Assembly: GCA_964646395.1 (NCBI GenBank)
Contig: CAZYEM010000001.1
Span: 1-63,641, forward strand
Origin: an uncultured Bacteroides sp.
Lineage (GTDB): Bacteria > Bacteroidota > Bacteroidia > Bacteroidales > JACABE01
Direction of reading: 5' to 3'
Length of the DNA: 63,641 bases
A model generated the notes under the pieces. The model was not told the origin of the DNA. It saw only the letters and a list, made by a program, of their open reading frames with translations, and did no database searches. Below are positions 34,306 through 45,300 of the stretch, piece by piece (position 1 is the first letter of the stretch; each line of letters begins with the position of its first letter). The position numbers were made by a program, and so were the translations under genes.

Positions 34306-34908
34306 TTAAAATTTATTTAGTTTTAAATACCATTGTTTTTTAAACCACCATAATCCCCATCCGTTAGCAGTTTCTTCTGAATGTAAAACTTTTTCTGCCT
34401 CAAATTCTCTATCTGCAATATCTGATCTGATAAATATTTTTGGCACAATTTGACTTACTGCTCTATTTACTTCATCTGCATTAAAATCATGGCCTGCTAG
34501 TACGCCCTCATCTTTTACTTTATTATACCATTCAATTACTTCTTGCTTTGTTTCTTTGTATGTGTGTGATGAATCAATATAAACAAAATCTAAAAAACCA
34601 TCATTAAACATTTTAGCACACTCTAAACTTGGGTAAGGCATTACTTCTATATAATCACCCAAACCGCTTTTTATAATGTTTTCGTATATGGTTTTCATTT
34701 GGAAAAAACCACCGTAGCCCATATTATCTATTGCATAAATTTTAAAATCTTTACCCAAGTTTTTTAATTCTTGTGCTAGATATATAACACTATCGCCATT
34801 TGCAATACCGACTTCTGCTAGTCGTGCGTTGTTGGGTAACTCTTTTGCAATTCTTTGATAGAAATGCTGAAAATCAAACATAATTAAATCATTCATAATT
34901 TTATCCAT
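34306..34908 (-). CDS. class I SAM-dependent methyltransferase (Methyltransf_24 / CmcI-like sugar O-methyltransferase type)
   Basis: AEVGIANGDS is the SAM motif I. IYAIDN, FVYIDSSHTYKETKQE and GVLAGHDF are also present. Confidence 0.65.
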   Translation of the reverse strand: MDKIMNDLIMFDFQHFYQRIAKELPNNARLAEVGIANGDSVIYLAQELKNLGKDFKIYAIDNMGYGGFFQMKTIYENIIKSGLGDYIEVMPYPSLECAKMFNDGFLDFVYIDSSHTYKETKQEVIEWYNKVKDEGVLAGHDFNADEVNRAVSQIVPKIFIRSDIADREFEAEKVLHSEETANGWGLWWFKKQWYLKLNKF

Positions 34909-35630
34909 TCAGGTTTAACAATATCGCTAGTGTCTAATCCGCACCATCCTTCACTAAACCAAAACTGCGGAAAGATTACTTTTTTATCTTCATTTTTATT
35001 TAAATACGCACCCCACCAAGAGAATGTAGATGGAGAACATACTTGATGCTCACACCAGCTCATTTCTACAAGATCGGATTGCTCGTCTGTATTTCCAGAA
35101 TATTCACAATCGCTTCTATGCGCAAATGTTTCCATACACCAACTAATGTCATCTGAAAAGAATTTAAACTTATAGTTAGGGAACATAGCCATTGCCTTTT
35201 CATACCATTCTATTGTTACCTCCGGATGTTTATCTCTTAATGTTACATAATCGCCTCGTCTTACATGGATAGAAACATAGCCATCCATTTTTTTATATGG
35301 AAAATTTAACAAGTAAAGTATTTCATTACGATAGTTGTCAAAGTATTTAGCTGTTTGTCTGTACCCTTCAATTATTATATTCTTATCTTTCCATGATGAA
35401 TCGTATGGTAATTCTTCGTAAGAATGTTTTGTTTCCCATAAGTGAACTTTTTCAAGTCCGGGATTATAGCTATCATTAATTAAATGCGAGCAATAGATGG
35501 GGTTCCATTTTGGGTTGCTAGTTTCGTTTGGAACGGTAAAATTTAAGTCATGCCGTAACGCATAGGCCATAGCCGTAGCACACTCAAAAAGCCAGTTGCC
35601 CATTCTTCCCGCGTTGTTGAAGGTTACCAT
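34893..35630 (-). CDS. GT11 alpha-1,2-fucosyltransferase-family glycosyltransferase
   Basis: GRMGNWLFECATAMAYA corresponds to GGLGNQMFQYA. SIHVRRGDYV corresponds to HxRRGDY. FSDDISWC and SPSTFSWWGAYLN are the other family motifs. Confidence 0.8.
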   Translation of the reverse strand: MVTFNNAGRMGNWLFECATAMAYALRHDLNFTVPNETSNPKWNPIYCSHLINDSYNPGLEKVHLWETKHSYEELPYDSSWKDKNIIIEGYRQTAKYFDNYRNEILYLLNFPYKKMDGYVSIHVRRGDYVTLRDKHPEVTIEWYEKAMAMFPNYKFKFFSDDISWCMETFAHRSDCEYSGNTDEQSDLVEMSWCEHQVCSPSTFSWWGAYLNKNEDKKVIFPQFWFSEGWCGLDTSDIVKPEWIKL

Positions 35631-35650
35631 AGGGGATAAAGTTAATTAAT

Positions 35651-36346
35651 TTAATTTAATTCCCTAATTTTTTCTATTAATTTTTCTCTAAAATCTCCTG
35701 TTCTTTGCACATTATTTATATAATGCGATTGATTGTGGACTAAATGATTGTATCTTAACCCTTCAACTATATGGATAATTCGACCTGACATTAGCCAATT
35801 GTAATTCTGAAATAAGCTATCGCTGGTTACCGGATCTATTTCCGCATCCCATACTTCACAATAAGAATTTTTATTTACAAAATAGTTCATGCAATTCAAG
35901 CAAGTTTCAAACATTGACTTGTCTATATATTCCGGTAAGTTGTCTTTGGTTACAATTAGGTTAGCGTATTCTGTGTAATTAAACATTGGCATAGCCCAAT
36001 CTGGTGCCAATACCGTGTCTTTATCCCATTCTTGCTCATATATCTTGTCCAAATAGTCTGTGTCTATTTCATTGTCAGAATCAAGTATGATACAATAGTC
36101 TGTTGTTGATAGGCTTATAGCCACATACTTGTTTGCATAACAATCTCTGTTGCTTAGGTTTCTAAATAGTTTAACCTTTTTTAGCTTATCACATTCTTGC
36201 TTTAATTGGTTATAAATAGGCAAATCACTCATGTCGTCCACTATTACAATGTTTTTAACACGAGGATCGTCATATACCTTACTAAAACTTTTCAATGTCA
36301 TTTCTACCCTATTCCAAGTTGGTATACATATACAAATTTCTCTCAT
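35651..36346 (-). CDS. GT2-family glycosyltransferase
   Basis: ICICIPTWNRVEMT, VIVDDMSD and ILDSDNE (the DxD motif) are present. Confidence 0.7.
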   Translation of the reverse strand: MREICICIPTWNRVEMTLKSFSKVYDDPRVKNIVIVDDMSDLPIYNQLKQECDKLKKVKLFRNLSNRDCYANKYVAISLSTTDYCIILDSDNEIDTDYLDKIYEQEWDKDTVLAPDWAMPMFNYTEYANLIVTKDNLPEYIDKSMFETCLNCMNYFVNKNSYCEVWDAEIDPVTSDSLFQNYNWLMSGRIIHIVEGLRYNHLVHNQSHYINNVQRTGDFREKLIEKIRELN

Positions 36347-36963
36347 AAATTTCCTAGTTTTTGATAATATCTTTGTTCTATAAATGGCTGCCAGTCAATA
36401 AAGGTATTGCCTATATCTGATACGCCCGGCCTTTGAGTGCATAAAAGTGGATAAGTAATGTAAGTTGTGCCATGGCATTGTATCTTATTTACAATGCAAT
36501 TGTCTATTGGAGCTTCTAAAACTGCCATCAATATCTCCTTCATCCCATGTAATGATATTGCCCAAGCATGGGTGGCATATGCGTTTTCTACTAATAAAAG
36601 GTTAGGTGATGCTCTTAATTTAAACCCCGTAGTACATTGCGCCCCAAGATAAAGGATATCCCATGTAAGAGGCAATTGCTTTACAACTTCATTCATTGTA
36701 TCGTTAGGGTTACCACAAGAATCAACAAACATAGCGTCATCTTCAAATATCAAGACTGACTCCCATTCGTTCTTTATCGCTTCTCTAAATATGTTCTCTA
36801 CTGTAATGCGCAAGCCTTCTGCTCCATTTTCATGCTTTGTGGCATTAATCAATTCGTATGGGATATTCCATTTGTAAAGTTGTTCTGCAATCTCTATTAG
36901 TCTATCTGTTCTTTCCGGCAAGTTTATGACAAATATTTTAGTAAAAAAGTTAGTCCAAGACAT
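36343..36963 (-). CDS. GT25-family glycosyltransferase (LgtB/Lic2B-like)
   Basis: KIFVINLPERTDRL and VLIFEDDAMF are present. The start codon shares nt 36963 with the TerL stop. Confidence 0.7.
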   Translation of the reverse strand: MSWTNFFTKIFVINLPERTDRLIEIAEQLYKWNIPYELINATKHENGAEGLRITVENIFREAIKNEWESVLIFEDDAMFVDSCGNPNDTMNEVVKQLPLTWDILYLGAQCTTGFKLRASPNLLLVENAYATHAWAISLHGMKEILMAVLEAPIDNCIVNKIQCHGTTYITYPLLCTQRPGVSDIGNTFIDWQPFIEQRYYQKLGNL

Positions 36964-39011
36964 TACGCTAGTTTAGTTTGTGGGAAAAAGTCAGTCAGTT
37001 TGAATTTGGCTTCCGGTTTTTTAAAGTTTGCTCTTTTATAATAATCTGCAAATAAAGTCCATCCGCCTCCCATTACTAAGTCAGATACCTCTGTTTCGTT
37101 TACATTAAACTTAATCAATCCATCATATTTATCGTCTATTAATTCTGGGTATATTATCTTTCCTTCCTTACCATGCGTTAAAATGTATTGTTCCCAAAGG
37201 TTCACCATTAGGGCTTTATTGTCCGCATTAGGGTCTACCCCGTAATTTGATTTTTCTGGCAATCTTATCAGAAACGCTTCGCAATAATTGTCAACAAAAA
37301 ACTTTCGCAATCCGCCATCCATTTTCGCCTCTATTAGCATTTGGCCTCCATAAGCAAAGCATTGCAGTACCATATCCATATGGAAAAGCTCTACCATCTT
37401 AGGTCTTGCGTGATACTTGGAAACAAACATCATATTATAAACCGGATCGTTTATGCCTATATCATATCTATTCAAAACTAAGCTAGTTGCCTTTGAACCC
37501 TCTCCATGTTCAACCACTGAGTTTTGGAATGGATCGCATCCCATTATAAACTGCACTGAATTTTTAGGTAAAAATAAATTACCCCTTCTTGTGTATGTTT
37601 CGCCTTTTGTTATCTTAAAATTCTTAGCTCTAGTCCATCTTGCTGCTTCTTTGCTAGTCGTTTCCCATACTGCTTCTGTAAATGGCACTCCGTCTTTCCA
37701 AGTCCAATTACCATATTCAAGCACTTCTTTCTCATTAATTTTGGCTATTTCATAAAGGTCGTTAAGCAATACCGCATCAAAATGGCAATTGGTATTTCTA
37801 AGCATGAACATCTCCCTTTCATCAAAAGGATTCATTCTTATCTCCTCCTCTAACTGAACGGCTTCTAATTGCTTACGCTTGGCTAATAAGTATTCTTTAG
37901 CTCCCAACCTAACATCTTCTTCATTCAAATCGCCTGCACCAACGTAATTATCAACTAAATATTTATATTGTTCTTCTGTTGGTGGCCCGATTACACTCAT
38001 GCCATATCGATCAATAAAGCCCAGATAACCATCATACGCGGGCGAGAAATATTTAACCAAACGATTTGGCGTCTTGGGATATTTCAAATGATCGGCAGCA
38101 TCCCATACTATCTTGAACTCCTCACCCCCGCTAGTCATACTATTCGAGGTTGATGGACATTCAATAAATCCTACTCTCTTGGCACCTTTTACCAATGTTT
38201 TACTTACAATGGATAAGAATGTCGAGAATGGCGTTTCTTTTGCCCATTTTCCGCCTTCATCAAATAAACCACGACTAAGACGACCAGAGTCATAAGAGTT
38301 CAAGGAAGGCGCACGATAATCAATTCTAGACCTATGTCCGGTATCATTATCTATTGCATTGCCTTTTGTGCCTCTAATGTCTACTGACTTATGGGCAAAC
38401 ACAAGTTCGCTTACACTGTCCTTATTGTTTAATTGCTTGGGCTTTAGGAATACCGGGAGCTGTCTGTAACCAAATGAAATCATGTTGGTAAAGGCTGCCT
38501 TGGCATCTATCTGCGTTTTACTCGTCAAACCGCAAAAGCTGTTCTTATAGAAAATACACTCGTAAATTATATTTGATGTCGCTTGGGAGGTCGCACCCTC
38601 ACGGCGTTTCTTACCCCTGACAACACCTAAACACCACGGCGTCTTTTCCCAATGGTCTAAAAATAAAAAGTATCTTTTATCCGCATCCCTGAAATCACCA
38701 TAGATATCATCCTCTAGCTTCCACCATTGAAGGTAAAAATAATGCTTACCTGTAATATATGTGGCTTTACCATTGTTGTAAAACCAAAACCCTTTCTTGC
38801 ATCTATCTACTTCTCTTGTGGCAAAAGCTGCCTGTTGTGCATCAAGCAAAGCGTTGCCCTCCTTATCGTATTCTACTGCCTGAAAAATATTAGGCAGTTC
38901 TTTTCTTCTCCAATACTGCTCGGCAGGATTAGATTCACCCCAATCTTCTATTTCAGTATCACATTCAGGTAGGGTAATGTTGGTTCCGTATATACTTATT
39001 ACTTCAGCCAT
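36963..39011 (-). CDS. terL: terminase large subunit
   Basis: The protein is 682 aa. The N-terminal ATPase region has a Walker-B-like GLFDEGGKW. The C-terminal nuclease region has FIMGCDPFQ. It is preceded by a small helical protein whose stop overlaps the start. Confidence 0.7.
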   Translation of the reverse strand: MAEVISIYGTNITLPECDTEIEDWGESNPAEQYWRRKELPNIFQAVEYDKEGNALLDAQQAAFATREVDRCKKGFWFYNNGKATYITGKHYFYLQWWKLEDDIYGDFRDADKRYFLFLDHWEKTPWCLGVVRGKKRREGATSQATSNIIYECIFYKNSFCGLTSKTQIDAKAAFTNMISFGYRQLPVFLKPKQLNNKDSVSELVFAHKSVDIRGTKGNAIDNDTGHRSRIDYRAPSLNSYDSGRLSRGLFDEGGKWAKETPFSTFLSIVSKTLVKGAKRVGFIECPSTSNSMTSGGEEFKIVWDAADHLKYPKTPNRLVKYFSPAYDGYLGFIDRYGMSVIGPPTEEQYKYLVDNYVGAGDLNEEDVRLGAKEYLLAKRKQLEAVQLEEEIRMNPFDEREMFMLRNTNCHFDAVLLNDLYEIAKINEKEVLEYGNWTWKDGVPFTEAVWETTSKEAARWTRAKNFKITKGETYTRRGNLFLPKNSVQFIMGCDPFQNSVVEHGEGSKATSLVLNRYDIGINDPVYNMMFVSKYHARPKMVELFHMDMVLQCFAYGGQMLIEAKMDGGLRKFFVDNYCEAFLIRLPEKSNYGVDPNADNKALMVNLWEQYILTHGKEGKIIYPELIDDKYDGLIKFNVNETEVSDLVMGGGWTLFADYYKRANFKKPEAKFKLTDFFPQTKLA

Positions 39012-39322
39012 TATCTTCTAGATTCAGCTATACTTTCTACAAATGGCTTTTTGACTACATCCTTTTGCTCATCGCCAGTAACACCAGCAGATATACCTAG
39101 ATCCTTAATTGCCGTTGACAAAGCAGAGCTATCATTCCAAATAGCTTTTAATCTTTCAAAAGTCTTGTCTTTTGGATCTTCTAAAAGCAAATGGGACAAG
39201 TTGGTTTTGTTAAGCAAATCAGCCATTTCGTTTGCCTTTCTATTTAAAGCGTAAAACAACTTGGCAGCCCCGTTTTGTTCATATAGGGCTACCTTTTGTC
39301 TTAATTCTTCTAATGTTTCCAT
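39011..39322 (-). CDS. putative small terminase subunit (103 aa)
   Basis: It is a small all-helical protein immediately upstream of TerL and translationally coupled to it. The call is positional only. Confidence 0.35.
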   Translation of the reverse strand: METLEELRQKVALYEQNGAAKLFYALNRKANEMADLLNKTNLSHLLLEDPKDKTFERLKAIWNDSSALSTAIKDLGISAGVTGDEQKDVVKKPFVESIAESRR

Positions 39323-39352
39323 TATAAGTTAGTTTTAGTTGTAACAAAGATA

Positions 39353-42300
39353 TTATTCTTCATCTTCATTATCAAATTCTAATTCACTTTTGGCTTCTTT
39401 TGTTGCTTTACGCTTTATTAAAAGTATAGCTTTTGCAATTTCTTCATTAGTCAATTCCTTTAAAGGAGTATCATTGTAACCTTCTTCATATAATTCTTTC
39501 ATTTTTTCCTCAATCAAAGAATCTCTAAGTTTTACAAATTGCTTAAATTCATCTTTGGTAATATTCTTTTTAACTGATTCAGGATTCATTTCGTCAGAGT
39601 TTTTAGCTCTCATTATTATTTCATCCATAGGTTTTAAAGCGCTTTCTCTGTAATAACTAGAATAACCCAATCCAACTATATTTGGCAACAATACAGTAAG
39701 TAAAGAAATAAAACCATCTTCTTTTGCCGCCTCATATGCATCATCTGCATACATTGGGTATATTTTAACTATTTCCATTGGATCAAAATCTTCACCAATC
39801 GAATTTTTACCAACAATTGCGCTAACAACATATGAATTATTTGGAGCTAATTTGTTTCTAAAAAATCTCAATGTGCTATTCCAAGCAAATGATGCCGATT
39901 CGCTTGCCTCAAATTTACTTTTTGCTGCCCTTGCATATCCCGCTTCTACCAATCTTAAAAAAGTTCTAATATATGCAGCTTGACCAGATGTAATATCATA
40001 TACTTTTTTACCAAACCTAAGCTGTAAAAAATCAGGCTCATCCGGATCAAACGATATCTTAGCTCCTGCTGCTGCTGCTGCTAAACCCAATGCAAGTATT
40101 GTAGACGTATTTGCTGCTAAATCTCGAAATGCCATTTTTTGCACCTCTTTTGGCATTTTTAAAAAATAAACAGGGTTTAGCATGTTTATATTTGAAGCCA
40201 TTAATCTAGCACCATAAAAAACAGACGAAGCTACTTTTTCTCCAGATTTTGTTTCCAAAACTTTTAACATATTACCACTACCAGTCATGTTCATGACATA
40301 TTTTGCCATTTCTTTATATTCATTTGGATCTGACTCTCTGGTAATACCCTTGCTTAAAAGATTTTTTGTTAATTTCGTATAAAGCTCATATCTAGCTATG
40401 TTTAGCGAAGCATCGGCTAACCTTTGAGATACAAGCAATGGTTCTTTCAAAATAGGAATTTCGAAAATAAAACTCTTTGGCAAAAGTTCATTTACATTTT
40501 CTTTGTTAATATCGTTATATCTAATACCATCTTCAACAGAATCCTTATATTCAGGAGCCTGATTAAGATTATACATTAATCTGTCATAATTTTTTTGACT
40601 AAATGCAGATTTGCCACTAGCATTTAAAAATTTTAAAGCAACGTCCCAATGAAGTGGGTTAAAGGTAATTTTAGACAATTGTCTTAACCAAATAGAAGCA
40701 TCAATTGATGTTTGAATTATTCTTCTAATACCCAAAACACTTTGCGCTTTATCCCAACCTTTTTCCCATTTACTTAACTTTGATTGTCTATCCTTATATC
40801 TTTCTAAAGTAATTTTCTTTTCAAGATCAATTAATTTTTCATATAATTCTTTAGTTTTTTTAGACTCTTTGTACTTTGGTTTTTCTACTACTTCTTTTTC
40901 AAAGTTTTTATTTTTTAAATCATCTTCAAGTTTGGCAATTTTTTTTCTAATAAATTTCTGCCTTTTTTCATTATAAGTTTTATCAGAATCATCTTTACCA
41001 ATGCTCGGAGATTGCTCCGACACTCCTTCTTCTGCAACTTCTTTTGATCTGTTTAATTCTCTTACTTCTTTTATTTTTCTTTCAAGTTCAACTATTCTTC
41101 TGCTCTTTGTAGCTAATTCTTTTTCTGTTTTAGCTTCTTCTTCGCCTTTTCTTGCAAGTTCTAATTGACCTAGTAAATCTGCTTCTCTTTTCAATAATCT
41201 TAAACCAGCATTAATTGTGTTTTCTGTTCTTTTTTGAGTATTATACTTTCCTGCAATAACATCAATGACATCTCTTTTTGTAAGACCATCTATTATACTT
41301 GAAAATTCTTTTTGAATTTCTGTTACAATATCATCTAATTTAGAAACACCTTCAGAAAATAAACTTCTTGCATATTTATTAATATGTGGTGCCGCTGCAT
41401 ATAATTGAGGAACCCCAAAGGTAGGCACTGCAAACAACCCGTAATCTCCCCTATTAACCTTTTTTATGGCTTCTCTTGCTGCTTCTAAAGCCTCTTTTCT
41501 TTCTTTTGCATATTCTTCCTTAGTTTTTTTAGGCTCTTTTTTAGCTTCGTATGAAAGCTGTTTCTCAATATCTTGCTCTATTGAAATTTCAAGATCTTCT
41601 TTTGCTTTTTGAACTTTTTCAAATTTAGATGTTTCTACAGATATCATTTTATCTGTTAATGCGAAACCCTTATCTTCTTGCCTTGAAAGCAAGAAATTAG
41701 ACAACGTATTAGCTTCGTTTATTTTTTTTACTATTTGAAAACTTTGCAATGATTTACCTGATAATGATCCTGCAGTTTGAGAATTGTCAACAAATTCTTT
41801 TACTTTTTCAAGCAATTCTTTTGAAGGATTATTCTTTAATTCCAAATCTAAAGCAGCTCTATATTCAGCCATGAATGCTACTTCATAATTTTTAAGAGGC
41901 TGACCATTTCTGATTTTTTTGTACAGATTTTCTATGCTTGCTTTCTTTTTAATCATCTTAGCAGCAATTTCTCTTAACATTTCATGTGTTTCAATCTCTG
42001 TTCCAGTATATTCTGGCAATCCTAAAGATTCTCTTAATTGATTCAATTCTTTATTTGTAATACCAAGATAATCTACATCTTCATTATCTAAACCTACATT
42101 TTCAATTTCCTCAGAGATTTCCTCAAAATCTTCGGCTTGTGTTGTTTTACCTTCTCCGGCAACTGCTTGCCCTTCGATTCTTGGTTCCACTCGTCTACGT
42201 TCACCCCTTCTTTCTCCAATTTTGCGCGGTTGGCTTGGAAGTACCTCCTCTGCGCTTCGCTTTTGTACGGCATCTTTTATATTTTTAAATGTTTGTAAAT

Positions 42301-45300
42301 CATAATCTGCTTTGATTAACTTAACCATATCATCTATCTCAAAATCATCTATTGCTCTTTTATTAGCTTCTCCCCTTATCTTGTTTTTTACAAATTCTTT
42401 CTTTTTCTTTATTGATCTTGCAGCTTGGAACTGGTCTAAGTCATTCTCTACCCCTAAAATCTCCTTAACAGCCATTTTAGAAAATTCTTCAAATGTAAGA
42501 TCTTGAAACTCTTGATCTGTCAAATCTTTAAATCCTGTTAAACTTTTTATTTTAGTCCATAATGCTTTTAACCAATCCTTAAACGACTCTTTCTTAGACT
42601 CTACAACGAATTGCGCACCTTTATCTCCAATAGCCATAGCCAATGCCTCGTTCTTAAAATATTCCGCCTTTTCAGCATCATTCATATTTTCTGTTTGCTG
42701 CTGATAGAACTTGCTTTCTTTTGCTTTTGCTAAATATGGAGAACCTTCAACCAATTGCATACCTTTTGCATAAATCTTTGGATCGTTTGTTTTTGTCCAC
42801 TCAACCCATATATGCCCTGCTTCGTGTATTGGAGTATTTGGATTTAATTTTTCTCCATTTAAATACATTTTGTTTTTGTAAGTAAATCCAAGTATATCCG
42901 CATCAGGCGTAGCCATAAACTTTGTAAACTTATCTACGTCTTTATTTTCAATTTTTGCCTTTTTGCTTTTATTATAGATATCTCTAAATTCAGGATCACT
43001 TAATGGTTTTTGACCTTTAAATTTATCTAGCATTTGCAATCCACCAAATGAACCTCCATCTAAATGCAATGGCTGCCCGTCTTTTAATCCCCAATTTCGC
43101 TTAGCCTTAAAATCATTCCACAATAAATCGTAATTGAATATATCTGACATCTCGTATTCTTCAATTACTTCTTGCAATTCTGGAACATGGTTATCAAAGT
43201 CTTTTTGAGAGAACTTTTGTATTTTATTTAAAAGGTCATTTAACTTATCAGAACCTTTAGTTGCTTTCAATGGTGGCTCTATCTTTTCAACTACAACATA
43301 GTTTAATCCTCTTTCAAATACCTCTGGTATAATAGATCCTGACAAATAATAATCACCTTCATGTATATTTTGCTCTAATCCTCTAGGCGTTTTTGCAACT
43401 TTTAATACTTTACCATCACCAAGATCAAATACCACCCTGTCGCTTCCTGCACCTATTTGTTTTAATTTAGGTATATCAAATCTTTCTCTAGCCACTTTAT
43501 CTGTATCGTATCTATATGCAACTGGCATATCGTTTGTGCCTCTGAACCCTGCTTCAATTTGAAATCTCACATCATCTTTTATATCATTTAATTTTGCTTC
43601 TAACGCTTTTGAGTCTTTTGCTATAAAAGGCTTTTGAGCATCTTTTCCAAACATCTTTTTCAATGCGTTCCCAATTCTGCCAATAACACCGCTTGTTACT
43701 TCTGCCGGAGCTGCTTTTTTTGTTGCTGTGTATTTATTAAAAGCATCATCTATTGTCTGTCTTAGTTTCTTGGTATTGTATCCAAGTTCTTTAGCAATGG
43801 CTTTTTTAATTTCAGTTAAAGACGTAGTTCCATCATCAATATAGTCTTTTACTATATCTTGCATTTGGGCTACTTCTTCTGTTGTTGGTTCTTCTACTGC
43901 AAATGGCAAATCTTCTTCACCTTCTACAAATGGAACAAATCCGCCCTCAAATTCAATTGGAATCGTTTTAACTTCTGTTTCATAATCTTTACTAAAAATA
44001 AATGTTCTATCATCTGAAACCGGAACCTGATATCCGCCTTCTATTTCGCCTCTAGAATCAACTATTGGAATTGTTTTCATTTCTTCAATTCCCTTACCTT
44101 CTTCATATTTAGCCCTTTGTTGATCTAAACTTAAATCTTCTCCAGCATATTGAACAAGGGCTGCTGCTGCTGCTTTTTTAGTTGGATATTCAGAAATAAG
44201 CATTTCTAATTGATCTCTAATTTGAGAACTAGAAATTTTATCTTCTAACCCTTCTGGTAAATTATCCCAAATATTATCTGCAATTGTATCTATTTCTTGT
44301 CCTTGATTATCAACATAATCCCTTGTTGATGCTTCTTGTGTTTTTTTTGTTTTACCAACGTTAAGAGATGCCCTAAACGATCCAAGTAATTTATTTACTG
44401 AATCTGAACTTATCTTTTCACCACTATTGGCTAGCCAAGACAAAGCAAATCCTCGAGCATCCTTTGGCATTACCTTCCCGGCTTCTTCTTTAATTTTTCT
44501 AGTTTCTGCGCCTTTCGCACCACTTATTGAAACCTCTTTAGGCTGTGGAGCAAACTTAGTTTTAAACGCTTCTAATTTAGATTTAACTTCTGGCTTTGCT
44601 TCAGTTGGTTTAACTTCTGCTTGAGCTTTTGATAATCTTTCTTCGGCAATAGCCTTATATTTATTATAGTTATCTTGTAGTGCCTTTTGAGCATCCTCTT
44701 TTGAATCAAAAATTGTTGTTTCAACGGTAGCGGCTTTGGTCATTTTGCCATTTTCATCTACTTGAGCTGGCTCTATAATTTTAGAAATAACTACAACGCC
44801 TTCTGCGTTACGATTTGTTCTGTTATCTGTTGCATTGCTAACGATATATCTATTCCCGTCATTATGGACTTGCCCCACATTGAACAATGGGAATCCTGCA
44901 TCAGGATTAAGCCTTTCAACCCTTTCTAATTGTTTTTGCCTTTTATCTACTTCAGTTGGTTTAACTGCAACTTCAGGAGCTACATTAGCTTCTGGCATTA
45001 TAACAGAAGGAGCTTTGCCTTGTTGTTGTGCGCCTACTACTGTTGTTTCTGCTGCAATATTCCCCTCTGGCATGATAACGGCAGCGCCTTTGCTTGGCTC
45101 TACTACTTGAGGAGCTACGTTTTCTTCTGGCATTACAACAGCAGGTTTTGTTTCTTCTGCCTTTGTTTTTAACGCCTTTTCAATCTCTGTCTTGTTATTT
45201 TCGTAGAATTGTAAATCTTCAGGAGTTTGCATTCTTTCCCCTTCTACAATTCTATTTACAAATTGGTCAAACTGTTGCTTTTCTTTTACTTTATCTTCAT

